This document shows positions 39,111 through 51,994 of a stretch of 64,000 nt of DNA, piece after piece. Made by a program: the position numbers and the translations under genes. Numbering within the stretch: the stretch's first letter is position 1; every line of letters begins with the position of its first letter. The DNA lies in the NCBI RefSeq assembly GCF_009834535.1, contig NC_045697.1, positions 84,942,001 through 85,006,000 on the forward strand. The letters run 5' to 3'. The DNA is from Camelus ferus. Its lineage: Eukaryota. The notes under the pieces were generated by a model. That model saw only the letters and a list, made by a program, of their open reading frames with translations, was not told where the DNA came from and did no database searches.

Positions 39111-42100
39111 TTGGTCTCACATAGACCTGTGTGTGTGTGTATACCTCAGTATATTTATATGCGGATATACACACATACAAATGGATGTATGTATGCATAT
39201 TTGTATAATACTTCATTATTTCATACAGAGTTGTCACTCTCTCTGTCATATATTCGTATCTATATACATACACGTTTATACAGAAACAATGATGGCTATT
39301 TATTTGGATCAGAACTCTGAACCATTTGTGCTTAGTTTTTCATAAATATGACCATATTTAAACTGCACGTAATTTTGGTATGTGATAACAGCTTCTAGAT
39401 TTCTGAGGTTACAAGCTACATTTTCCACAGAGTTTCTTAGTCTGGGTGTCCAAATAGCAAACAGCAGTTAAAAAACTCTTATCAAAAGTATAGCTTTTTT
39501 GTATATAAAATAATGAAATGTATGTATATTATGCAAACCAGATTACTAACTCAGTATTCTAGTTTCCAGTGGGATTCGTGGCATCAAGACACACACAAAC
39601 ATCTGTTAAGAAGTTAAAATCAATGCCATAGCAGCGACTTAATTGGTTTACTGGCTCTAGGCAGATAAAATCTGCAAAAAATATTTACAGCCATGCAACA
39701 GGAGAATCATAACCCCTTATAAGGTGATTTTTAGCCTCTGTATAGTTTAAGTTTATTATCTCACTTATTCCTAATTAAATCCTCTGAGGTCTGCCTTATT
39801 CTGATTCTACTATTGCAACAGCTCAGGTAGTAAGACTCTGTCAGTAACCTGGGGTAACAAGCTGACTGAGTCATGATCTTCCGGTCCTGAGTTCAGTGCT
39901 CCTCACATCACCCATGGCCCCCGCCAGCCTGAGGCTTTCTGCCCAGTCTCTACAACCAGGGACTCAAAAGTAAAGCCATGCTTCACATTTGGCGTGATAA
40001 AGTATTGTTTCTTTCAGTTCCCTGTGCGCCATGAGCTGTGTTGTCCTTAACATAAAAACCAAACAAGGAGTCCTTTTCTTTGTCCTTTTTGGGGGAATAT
40101 TACATCTGATATTGCTTAAACTGGAGAGTGATAAGGCTTAGCCGACATGCAGAAAAACGACGTCAGGGATTTTGCTCCAGGAAACAAAGTACATATTGGC
40201 AGAAATTTAGAGTAGGGTAAAGAATAGATTTAGTTCCTTCCATCTGCCACACTGATTTTCTTCACACTTAACCAAAATCATAAAGCAAACCCAGCTCAGA
40301 GCAGATGAAATATGGAAACAAGTGTGAAGAGAACAGGTCAAAGGGGCCTGGTGACTCAGATTAGCCACTGGCGTCTCACTTCTGGGATTTGGGACGTCTT
40401 GAAAAGTTCCTTGTTGCAGTTCATAAACCCACCAAAGATTTAAGGCCCCCTGTCAGCATTCAGAGCATCACCTGAAGGAGGCTGAGCCACAACTGAGTCT
40501 AAAAATGAAATATACCGCTGCTATTTCTGCCCTCTGGTTTACACGCTGGGGGACTGAGAGCAGATCTGCAGTCAAAGCCCTGTTGCACAGCTTGTTTCCT
40601 TAAGATAATACAGTGTTTTTTCATATCATAAATTCTAGTCTTTTCTGTAGAAAAACAAAAAGATTCTTAGAAAAATATTCTATCTTCAAAGAAAATCACA
40701 GAGGACATGGGAATTTGGAATTCTGGACTTTCAATATTATCAGAATCTAGACAGATGTACCCTTTGACTAACTTATGCAATGCTAATTTATATGTAATTA
40801 TGTTAGGAATGTTTCTCTTTGAGTTCATGTCCAGAATTTTTTTCTTTAATTCAGAGAAACAACTTGGCCTGAAGTAATGTGAGTTTTCAATGACTTGCTT
40901 ATGTTTCTGTAAATCTTGTTGGTATGCAAAATATATCACTGTTTGGAAATGCATAAACTTACAGAAAAGTATTTTGGGGCAGTGTTAATTGTAGATGAGT
41001 TGGATAAGAAAATATGTTAAAAGCACTTAAAAAAGGATGAAATTGGTTGGAAGTCCGTGGGCTTTTTGGAAACTCCTCACCCCTCCGCAGTTGTCTTTCT
41101 GTCTAGTGACCTCTAGCATCGTAATACTTCTAGCGGGTAAGTGTTCAGGATATCTGCTTGGCTTCAAGCTTCGTATAGTCCTCAGGATTGCATGCTTCTC
41201 TGTAAGTCACAGATTGTTTCATATGCTGAGTGGACAGTACTGATTAGAAGATAGGTCCTTTGTATTGAAGGAGTGTAAGTTACCAAGATTTGTGAGTAGA
41301 AACAGAATATGAAGAAGTCATTGAGTTGAGAAAAATGTGTATGGGCCAATAAAACTTTAAGCCTAAACAGGCAAAATAAGAAAGAGAAGATTGTAGAATG
41401 TTAATATTTTTGCAATCACAAAAAGGAACCAAAAACGTTGTGAGAATTTAATTAAAGTCTCAATAGTGACAATACATATGTACAACATATGTACATATGG
41501 TTGTACTGCAAATAAGATGCCCACTTTTATGCTTATGAAATTGCCATGGAAATAAAACATGCAAGTGAAAGGAAGACTAACTGGAGTAATTGGAAAGAAT
41601 AATTGATTAGCTCCATTTGGAGGAAGGCCTGGGAAGAAGATGAGAAGGATTGGTGCCATAGAAAAAGGATTAGGTCATATTGTCTTGGGCTCATGTGCTA
41701 GAGAAACATCTAGGTAAGACACTTACCAACTCTTCTTCCTGTTACCTTGGTCAAAGTCAATGTAAGTAGTAAACCACGTGCTTTTATTTCCTCATGGTCT
41801 CATGTGTTTCAAAAATTCATATCACTGAAGAAATTGGGGGAAAGACTGAAACACATTCTCCTGGCTTAGGCATTAGAAAATAATGGTTGCTTGCTAATTA
41901 AAGTTTGCTCTTCCCTGATGGTGTGGACCTTATAGTGACTTATTTAGAGGGGACAGTGTTAATAGAAGAGGACGTCGACACAATGAACCTAATTTGTTTA
42001 AAGTAATTCATGTAAACTTAGTAGTATATTCTACATGAAATAGTATTCTAAAAGCTCTATGTTGGAAGAGTGGTGTGGTATAGGAGACTAGGCGCAGGAC

Positions 42101-42599
42101 ACATTTTCCTCAGTTTCACCTATTTTGAACATACAGTTTGTAAGTTTCACTGTGTTAATCTATAACTTTAAATCATACTCATTTTAGAACTTACATAGAA
42201 TGAAAAGGTTTAAATGTATGTAATTATTAGATAGTTATAACTCTGATTTTATTCCCATCTGTTGCAGATCTGAGTCTGTATTGTCTGCATATTATCAACC
42301 CAGTAAGGAAGGGCCTGATTATAATAATGAAACTTGCCCATCACTACAACTCAGTAGACTCTTAATAGATCACTTTGAGTATAAAGTTCTTACAACATAG
42401 GTATCAGAAATGCCATCTTATACAATATTAGGAAAGACCAAACTGCCGTGTTCTTTATTGTCCTCACCAGAAGGACCCAATCTTCTCTTACCCTTTTTGT
42501 AGCCATAACTTCTAGACTTTTTGTATCACAGTTTAATTAAAGTGACTGTAAGAAAAGGCATTTTTTTAAACACGGATACTTCTAAGTATTTTTGACATC

Positions 42600-43090
42600 T
42601 AAAAAATGTTTAATTGTGGTAAAATTCATATAACATAAAGATTTCCATCTTACCATTTTAAGTGTACCATTCAGTTGTGTTAAGCATATTCATTTTGTTG
42701 AACAGTCAATCTCTAGAACTTTTAAATCTTGCAAAGCTGAAACTAACCCCATTAAACAACTCACATTTCCCCCTCACCCCCAGCCCCTGGCAAACCACCT
42801 CTACTTTCTGTCTCTGTGAATTTGACTCTTCTAGATTCTTCCTAAAAGGGGAAACATACAGTATTTGACTTCTTATGACTGGCTTACTTCACTTGTCATA
42901 ATGTCATTAAGATTCATGTGTATTGTACCATGTGTTAGAATTGCCTTCGTTTTTATAGATGAATAATATTCCATTGTATATTTATACCAAATTTTGCTTA
43001 TCCGTTTATCTGTCAATGGACACTTGGGCTGCTTCCACCTCTTAATTATGAATAATGATGTTCTAAACATAAATGTGCAAATATCTCTGA
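42600..43090 (-). mobile_element. L1MB-type 3' end with ORF2 C-terminus
   Basis: Minus ORF 42873-43070 (LFII.KRWKQPKCP.TD...TMEYYS...MNL.DIM.SEVSQS) plus 3' UTR tttaattgtggtaaaa. Confidence 0.92.
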
Positions 43091-43469
43091 TATTTTAATA
43101 TCAAATATCAATATAAGCAGTAATATCAATATAAGCATCTTTTTAATACCTTAGTCACCAAATTGTACAAGACAAAAAGATTATTTCTACTTTAACTGAA
43201 GTTGCTAATCATCAGCCTAAAAATTCAGGTTTCAAAGATTAAGTTTGTGAATTGCTTTAGTCATTTTATGCTTTCTATCTCCATCAATATAGAGTTTAAA
43301 GACGTCATTTGAAACAACAATTAGCCCCATCTTCCTGTCCCTTTCCATCTTCCATTCCTTCCTCCTGTGATACAGAGATGCTGGTGTCTGGAAGTGGGGC
43401 AGAGGAGGCAGTGTGGGTGGTTAAGAAACTGGTCACACTGAGCAAAGTTAATTGAGCAAATTATTAAAA

Positions 43470-44745
43470 ATTATGGGACCCAGATTTTTCACTGTCTTGG
43501 AAGGGAATTACAAATATGGAAAGGGAAAAAGCTAAAAATAAGATAAGATAGTGAATATTGGTTTAGAAATGGAAATATCAGTATAAATATGTGTGTCTAT
43601 GTATACACACATATACATGTATAAATGCATACAAAGAAGTAGTTTTAGATGTGTATGTATTCATATATATGTATAAATGTGTGTGTGCGTGTGTGTGTTT
43701 GGTAGCCTAGAAAGAATGACACCCAGAAGCAATGAATACACTGAGCATCCAAATCTTAGTTTCTAAATACTATTTTTTACTAAAAGGGGTCAAGGATTGT
43801 TTAATAAATAGCTGGCTCCGGGGCTGGGTCAAGGAATGTATATAAATACCCTGAAACAGTTTATGCCAGAAAGTAAGGAAATGCTTATAAAGTGATGAGG
43901 ATATATCATATAGACACAGAAGACAACCTGAATGGGCCCTCACTGGGCAATCTAGGATAATTTGGTCTCAAAATAAATGATTATTGAACTGTAAATCATT
44001 GAATAAAATAGAAATCCTTGACACCCTACATACCTAAAGAAATATATAGGAGAGAATGAAAAGCTTTTTGTCACAGTGAGATGCCAGCTAATCACTGTGG
44101 AAGGAATAACTGAAACAGATAACCTCCATTTGGATATTGTCAGAGTGGTAGTTGATATTTAGGAGTCATCAGTAGATGCTAAAGGATAGAGATTTGCTGA
44201 GGATATTCGTATAATATAAGAGTATTTCTCCACGATATACTAATCGAATAAAAAGGCAAAGAAGTGACTTACAGTGGAGAAACCTGATAGGCACAAACTA
44301 CTAAATGGCTGGGGCAAACTCACCAACTGTGGGACAGAATCACAGCAGTGTGCTTCCGGACACGACCCACTGAGCCACGTGCAGCAGCATGTCTGTGGAC
44401 TTCCTGTCAGGAATGCAAGAGTTAGGTCTGATTACGAGGAGGTCAGATGACCAGGTTGAGCAGATCGAGGTCATCCCACAGAATGGAGTCTGTACTCTTT
44501 AACAGCAACTGGCCCTTAAAAGACAGGGAAATATTTAGGAAGTCTTCTAGATTGAGGGAGCCTAGTGTGATATGGCGGCTACATGCAATCCACATTCTTA
44601 AACAGATCCTTGATCAGGTGGAGAAAGGCATTACTGGGGCAGTTGATGACATTTGAAATACATCTATGAATTGGATGGAAGAGCTGTATCAATGAGGCTT
44701 CCCTGATTGGGGGGATTGGATGGTGATAATAGGAGAAGGTTCTCC
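43470..44745 (+). mobile_element. L1MC3/4-type long 3' UTR
   Basis: atgggacccagatttttcactg...aatgacacccagaagcaatga...gccagaaagtaaggaaatgct...acagtggagaaacctg...cattactggggcagttgatgacatttgaata. Confidence 0.85.
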
Positions 44746-44759
44746 TTATTCAGGGGCCA

Positions 44760-44945
44760 TTATCAGGATTTCCTGGATTTGAATTCTGACTGAAATCTTT
44801 CATGCCAGTATAATGTTGTGCATGTTTAATAATCTTTCTTAAGCCTCAACTTTCCTATCTGAAGAATTCAGATAGCAGAGTTATTGTGGAGATTAAATGA
44901 GATAATGCACTTAAGGCTCTCAGCAGGCTATACATACAGCCAACT
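44760..44945 (+). mobile_element. MIR SINE (probable 5' end at ~43405-43435, upstream of the L1MC)
   Basis: cctggatttgaattctgact...aagcctcaactttcctatctg...gttattgtggagattaaatgagataatgca. Confidence 0.8.
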
Positions 44946-46879
44946 ATATTTGGCTAGCGTCTTGGTTCTTATTCTCTTGCCCTTAATTCTCAAGACATTT
45001 GTCCCTTTCTCCATCTAGACTCTATGCTTTCCTCGGGCCAAGTGGTACTTTCAGTTGTCTTTTTATATGCCTCACGTCTCACAAGGTCTGGCACACAGCA
45101 GGGGCTCATCCATCTTATCAAAGTACAATGTCTGATCACCAACAGATATGTTCCCCTGGGGAGAGCTGACGGTCCATGATGTGTTTGCAGAGTATGAATG
45201 CAGAATTACACTGGACATTGTTTGAATTTTTGTCTTAAATCTTGGTCCATTTAGAATCATAAGGGAAATCATAGAAGAATAAGATTTTCTGTATGCCGTC
45301 TACTGCCTGCCTTTCAGATCCCTGCCAAAAAATGAAACAAGGGCAGCCTTTCCTGAAAATGTTTGGCACTTTTGCCTCTGGTGTGGCTGGAAACCATCAG
45401 TGGAAAATACTCATTTAAAAAATCTCCTCTGCACTTTGTTTAAAGACATACGTTTTAGTTTAGAGGAAAGGATAAGAAGAGAAAAAAAATGTGTGGCATC
45501 AGATGAGTTCTAGGTCACCTGAATCCTATTCTAATAACAAATTACTTCAGTGTGAAAGAAGCAGCCAGAAAATAAATCTCAGTTTAGTTGGATTTACTTG
45601 GAAGTTCAAAATGGAAATAAAGTAAGCTAATGGAAGAGTAACCGCCTCCATCCTGCATTTGCACTCTGTTCCTGAGGAATGGACGAAAGGAACAGACACA
45701 AAACTAGCCAAGTTACCCCTTTATGATTTAGACCACAGGGCTTTTTCAACCCCCTCTTTTTAGTAGGCCTCATCTGTGGTTTGTGATTCAAATGACCTTA
45801 ATTTAAATAAAACTATAATAAGCAATTTGATGTTATCTGAATTTTTTGAATACATAAGAATTGAGCTACATTAAAAACATTTTAATCCTAGGACATCAAT
45901 CCTAATGTCAGAACTGCTCTACATAAAAATAAACAAGATTTTGGAGCAGTGGATTGTTTGGTGCTTCAGTTGCTTTGCATCCTTGAGGGAAACCTATTCT
46001 GAATAAAATAAGCACAAAGGGGTTTTCATACAAACCCTCAACTTGAAATAAACCACTTCACCACCCACTGGCCGAAAGCAGATTACAAATGCTGACACAC
46101 TGAGCATTCGATAGCATCTCTTCCTGCTATCATGCAGATATGTTAGTTCTAACTGCTTTTAAATGAGAAAAAGAAGTCTCAAAAACAGTTGAGGTTTAGA
46201 TTAAACTGAAAAAAAATTTCTCTGGAAGAGATTGCAGTTTTGAGGACTCTCTAGATTAATTTAATTCTGCATGTATTTAGCGTACTCACATATTCTCTAT
46301 TTTGTAGGGTTTGGAGGGGAGAGGGAGATGTAGAGAGAAAGCTTCATCTTAATTTTTGCATTCTAATATCCTGCAAGTAGCGAATTTACTTTTTATTGAT
46401 TAATATACGTAGAGTGCGTATAGAATATCACTTGATATCTGTCTGAGGTGCGTTTTTAGTACTCTCTCAGGAGCCTACGTGGGTTATTTAGCAAAGAGGA
46501 ATGAACACCTGGCTAAGAATTAAGAAACTTGTGTACTAGTGCCAGCTTGGTCTCTGATGCATTTTGTGGGACTCAGTCCCTAGACCTCCTTAGGGAATCT
46601 CAAGTTCCAAAGGGAGTAAGCCCAGGTAGTCCGTCAAGACCCACTGCCATGCAAAATTTTAATATTCAGTCTCTAAAGATTCATGTGTATCATTTCTTGT
46701 TTTAAATTTTCAGGGATACAGGATATATTTTGGTGTATTTCCTTATTCTTTTATTATGGAACTTAGCATATTCTTTTGTAGTAGTTTAGTGTGGGTCTGC
46801 TCAGACAAACTGGGAGCACCTTGAAAACAAAGACCATACCCTTTCTACTCTTGGATCCTTACAGACTGCACAGGTAAGC

Positions 46880-47540
46880 ATCATGGTAGACACAGCTCAG
46901 ATTTTGAAGTCAGAGAGATTTGGGTTTGAGTCCTAACATTACTAATCTGGCATGGTTACAGAAGACACACTCCAAAAGTTTAACGACTGGACAATTTATA
47001 GACGTGTGGGTAGAATCAAGGGGACCAGAAGATTCTGAGGAAACCATTACTATCCATTAGGAGACCATTACTATCCTTAGATCAGAAGAAAGAAGAAAGA
47101 AAGTGAGTGGTTTTCCCAGAACCCTGGGAGAAATCAGGGCCCTGGGGAAGGAGCCACCAACAGGACCTGGAGTTGTAAAGAAGTGCAGCAGTGGTCAGAA
47201 CCACTGTGAGGCAGGGGAGAGCGGAGGGAATGAATATGCGCACAGTTTCTCTTCCCATCCTTTGATCTGCTGGTACCTTCCATTGGCTAAACCCAACCAG
47301 AAGCCAGACGGCAAAGGAATCTGGGTGGTGGAATCTGTAGAAGTTAGAGTCTCGGGGCACAGGACAAAGCAGAGAAAGATAGAGAAGAGGTCTGTGTGGA
47401 AAATGGAGTATAACAACCTCCTAGCCGTCAAGTCATGGAGACATTTATAAATTACTGAGCCTACGTTTACAGTAAAACATTGATGCTAATACCCCTCAAG
47501 GCAGTATGATAATTAAAGAGAAGGCTTGTATGAAAGTGGT
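46880..47540 (+). mobile_element. MIR SINE split by LTR33
   Basis: attttgaagtcagagagatttgggtttgagtcct before the LTR; ctgagcct...gtaaaa...taatacc...aattaaa...tgtatgaaagtg after it. Confidence 0.65.
46950..47415 (-). mobile_element. LTR33 (ERVL) solo LTR
   Basis: Reverse complement: ctgtgccccgagactctaacttctacagattc...cctttgccgtctggcttctggttgggtttagccaatggaaggtaccagcagatc. Confidence 0.85.
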
Positions 47541-50500
47541 TTCTTTGTGGAGATGCCCAGTAAATAAATACCATTTCCATTTACTTACTGAATCAATGGG
47601 CAAACAAGTGAGTAACACGAGGCAGACTAACTTTTGTGCCGGTGGGCTTGGCACAGTGGAGCTGTTAGTATATGCACACAGTATGATGTGCCAGGTATTT
47701 GTTGCCATGGTGTTCTCTGAGTAGAGGATGAATTGAACTTCTGTAGGAATAACTTAAAACTTATGAATATGGAGCAGAGGTATTAGCAGCACAACGTGTG
47801 ATAACAGGCTGCTCCGTTACACTGTGCAGGCGGTTGGACTGTTCAGACACTGTGACTTGCATAAGGACTACTTCCTGTGCAAGGGGTCTGGCTTTTTTTT
47901 TTTTCCCCAAGCCTTCTTATTAATTGCTAAACATTTGAATACTAACAGTAGAAAGAAAAAGTGTCATGATCAGGTTGGGAATTGCTGTCTAATTAAAAGG
48001 TACAGAGCAGGGAGAAGATACTGAGCAACATCAAGGAAGTGTGTTGGCCCTATGGATGGAGGAAGGTACATGAAAATAAGATTTCTAGGAGAGTCAGCTT
48101 CATCTAAGAAAATTTGTGCAATGAGCATTTCTCAGCTATCTGACTCATCAGAAATTCCAATAATGCCTCATGAAATCTTTCATTTTAAATTTTATTAATT
48201 GAAGAATGAAAATATAACAACAATAACCATTTAAACGAGAAAGTATTTTTAAAAAATTCTCTGCAGAATCAATTCCAATCATTTCATAGGGAGGCTTAGC
48301 AAAAGGGATTCTTTTATTCTATATATCCACTAACCTTAGATTTCTTTCCAAAATGGGGTAGAAAGATTTCTCCACTTTATAAAGACAGGGGTTAAATCGA
48401 TTTTGCTACTTTATTTTGATTTTTTCCACCTACAATAAGAGAGTTGAAAGATATCTGGGAAGTTAACTGCTGCTCAGGCAAGATCTTACAGGATGACATC
48501 ACAGTTGTGAAGTGACCATGACGTATAACTATGTCTGGAGCATTTCAAACCCAGAGACTCAGGGTGCCTTGACCACTCAGAGTTGAGTAGATTCAGAAGA
48601 CTAACCAAGTCCAGATAAGACTGATAGATAAACTGAAAGGCCCATTTTAAAATTTATCACACATACATTTACAAGATAATCAGTTAACATTGAAGAGTAC
48701 TGCCACAGTCCTCAGCATTATAACTTCCATTTAGTTACCCTCTTCAGGGTCACTAGGAAATGAACATGCAGAGGCACGTATTTTCTCTGATGGTCCTTTG
48801 TAGAGCAAGGAAGCAGAGCAAGAACAGTGAAATGAGCAATTCATGGCATCCATTTACAACTGTTTTGTGAGTTTTACTTTCAGGTGGTGCCTGGTTCTCT
48901 CTAGTTTTCTGGATTCATTATCCGTTCCCCTTACAAGAGCTGGATTACAATGGACACACTCTGGGCCTATGGCTTTCTTTTTTTTCTGCACACCATACAC
49001 AACAGTAAACACATTCTATCTTACATGTATAACACCTTTGTTTCAAATACACACACCGTGATTCAAATCTCTAGTCCTGCTCTTCCATCTTCGGGCCTGG
49101 ATGATACTGTCTTTTAAGATGCTTTCCACAGAGATCTAATTTCATTCCTTGTGTGGCTAGTTTGTTAAAGTCATAGTCTTAGTCCAGAATTCCACTTCCA
49201 ATATTACAGAGTAAAGGTAAAGATGTACTAGATAATATCAGAGCAAAATATTAGCCTTTGTTACCAATCAATACCATTCTTGGAAAAAAAACGAAGTCTA
49301 AAAAATATATGCATATCAGTTAATAATAATTAGATACATCAACTCACTTTAAGTTAATAAATTGAATAACATCATAATACAAAGTAATATATTAAATAAA
49401 GACTTTATCACTTACGAGTTTTTTTTAATAGAACATTTTAGGGATTGCTGTTTTGACTTTTTTTTAATGTGCATTATAAAGATGGATTAAAAAGTCAATT
49501 ATATAGTGTGATTTCATACTAATATATTTGTATGTATATGGTTAATTTGTAAAGTTATACATTCTATATATATATTTAGGAAAATTTATTTTCCCTACTT
49601 AAAGATACACAAAATCCTATTTCATTTACAGATCTGAAAACATTTCATTGGGATCAAAGTCATTTTCAAAGTGCTATTAAACTCTATTTCTGATTACTTG
49701 CTTTTATCTCTAATACCATTTATAGCCTCATAATTCAACACAGCCATAGACCATCACCTACAGCCTATTACAAACCCACTAAAGAGGACCTGTTCCGTGG
49801 CAAAGCTTCTCTTTCAATGAAGACTGGCTTATGTTAGATAATTTCCCTATCACTCTGTATGTTGTTTTTTTGTCAAGTGTTAGAGAACTCATTTAACAAA
49901 AGGATATATTCACTGAGTTTTTCTTCAGTGTTATAGTTCATTAACATGCAGATATTCACCACATATGCTATTGGTCCAGCACAAATTGTTTATTAATGGG
50001 AGCATTTGAATTTGAACCCTGAAGAGACTTGCCAAATAAGGAAAAGCTACATAGTCCCCTTATATCTTCTTTTTCATCTGCTTTGACTCAGTGCTCTTTG
50101 CTACTTTATATATTATGATATTAAATTCCTCAACATATACACTGTAGATTTGAAACAGAAACGTGAGGGAAATATCTCATTCCTCATCAAATGGACTAGC
50201 CAAGTAGAAACAGGTGGGGTGACCTACTTTACATTTTGCATGGATGAAATGATTTAAAATTTATTTTTTCTTATCTCAGGGATTTGTATTCCCAAAATTG
50301 AAAACAGTTTAAAATAGGAAAAGTGTGAGCTTATTAGCACAGTAATACCCTCTAAATTCTCACTCCCTAGTGAAGGTAGAAAAGTGCTAATTAATCAATT
50401 GCTCAATTAGGAGAGGCTCTTAAGAGCACATTTGTCCTGGGAAAATATAAGCAGCTGATGATCTGCCTTAAAAAAATAAGCACCTTAAAGGAATTATGTT

Positions 50501-50844
50501 CAAAGTGGTATAATTGGGGTACAAGTCTCCAGATAAAATTGTATTTATGACTGAGAGATTTACTCACTTGAAATCTTCAGTTTTGAAAATGAACTTTTTC
50601 CAATTGGGCAATATCATACCCAGAAAAAAGAACATAGAGTTTATGCCTATTTATTTATTCATTTATTTTAGTAATTATTTATTGAGTGTCTATGTACCTT
50701 CATAGAATTTTGTGAGGATTTGATTAAGTGTGTAAAGTGTTTAGAGACTGTGACATAAGGGAAAGAGGTAGTAAATATCTAGACAAGTAATATTATCTAA
50801 GAAATACATAACTTCCATTACGTAAGTGTAATAATCAGTATCCC

Positions 50845-51043
50845 ACATGTTTTCTTTCTCTTTCTGGCTTACCTCACTTAGAATGACATTCTCCAGGTCC
50901 ATCCATGTTGCTGCAAATGGCATTATTTTATTATTTTTTATGACTGAGTAGTATTTCACTGTATAAATATACCACAGCAGTTGTCTGTTGATGAACATTT
51001 AGGTTGTTTCCATGTCTTGGCTATTGTAAATAGTGCTGCTATA
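50845..51043 (-). mobile_element. Young L1 ORF2 C-terminal fragment, lacking 3' UTR and poly(A)
   Basis: Encodes YYSVIKNNKIMPFAATWMDLENVILSEVSQKEKE. Confidence 0.92.
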
Positions 51044-51604
51044 AAGTTACATTACAATGTCTAGAAGAAAAAAGTTTAAAAAAAGATAGGGATTTTCTCT
51101 GAGTTCGTTAAAATGATGCTAATAAATATCATGTAACCAACATCAGCCAGTTGCCCAAATGAATTACACGAAATAACAGGACCCAATAACTACTTTTTCA
51201 TAGCTGTAACTTTTTGTAATACTCCTTAGAGTTTTAATAGAGCTAATAACGTATCTTGACTTGAAAATCTTACTTGCCATCTCCTTTTCTCCCTTGATGT
51301 TAAGGCAATCAATTACCAACCGGTTGTCAATAATATAACTCATAATCAATAACATAATTGAGTACTTGTCATATGTATGGTATTGCAAGTAAGTGTTTTA
51401 TCCCCATTCCTGTTGTTTCTTTTCTTCACCTCTTTACTTATTTCACCCTCAGCACTAAAGTGCATTAGCAGTACCCTTATATCAAAATTGGTAGGAATTT
51501 CCTATTCTATATGATTTTTAAGACTAATGACCTAGCATCCAGTGCATGTGAAATATGGAAAAAAATGTATCAAATAGAGATCATACCCAAGTACAAAAGC
51601 AAAG

Positions 51605-51816
51605 AGAAGTAGCAAATACTATTATATATAAAATAGATTTAAAAAACCAAATTTCTTTTGTATAGCACAGGGAACTGTGTTCAGTATCTTGTAGTAACTT
51701 ATAATGAAGAATATGAAAACGAATATATATATATATATATATATGAATGACTGAAGCATTATGCTGTACACCAGAAACTGACACATTGTAACTGACTATA
51801 CTTCAATTAAAAGAAA
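51605..51816 (+). mobile_element. Young 5'-truncated L1 3' tail (camelid-like) with 10-bp TSD
   Basis: tgtatagcacagggaact...atgactgaagcattatgctgtacaccagaaactgacacattgtaactgactatacttcaattaaaa; AAAAGCAAAG at 51595-51604 and 51817-51826. Confidence 0.92.
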
Positions 51817-51963
51817 AAAAGCAAAGGAAAATAAATAGACATTAGCTCAGCAGGAAAATAGCACTCTGGCAAATATCAATTCACACTCCAGAATGACCGT
51901 GAATGTCTCCAGTGATGCCATGTGTGCTGCTGACATGAAGCAAGAGGTTCCTCTGCTTGGGAC

Positions 51964-51994
51964 AGCTGACAGGAAGGGAGCTGACAGGAAGGGA
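51964..51994. repeat. Perfect 15-bp tandem duplication
   Basis: (AGCTGACAGGAAGGG)x2. Confidence 0.95.

Noticed and set aside
46865..46873. 9-nt microexon-like ACTGCACAG|gtaagc
   Set aside because: Lies at an L2/MIR remnant junction with a weak pyrimidine tract
47771..47815. TAGCAGCACA (miR-15/16 family 5' end) inside a GGAGCAG...CTGCTCC hairpin
   Set aside because: Hairpin is only ~45 nt and poorly paired; the rest does not match miR-15/16/195/497
50845..51826. Twin-primed (5'-inverted) single L1 made of the - and + fragments
   Set aside because: About 550 bp of non-L1 sequence separates them and the + fragment has its own TSD
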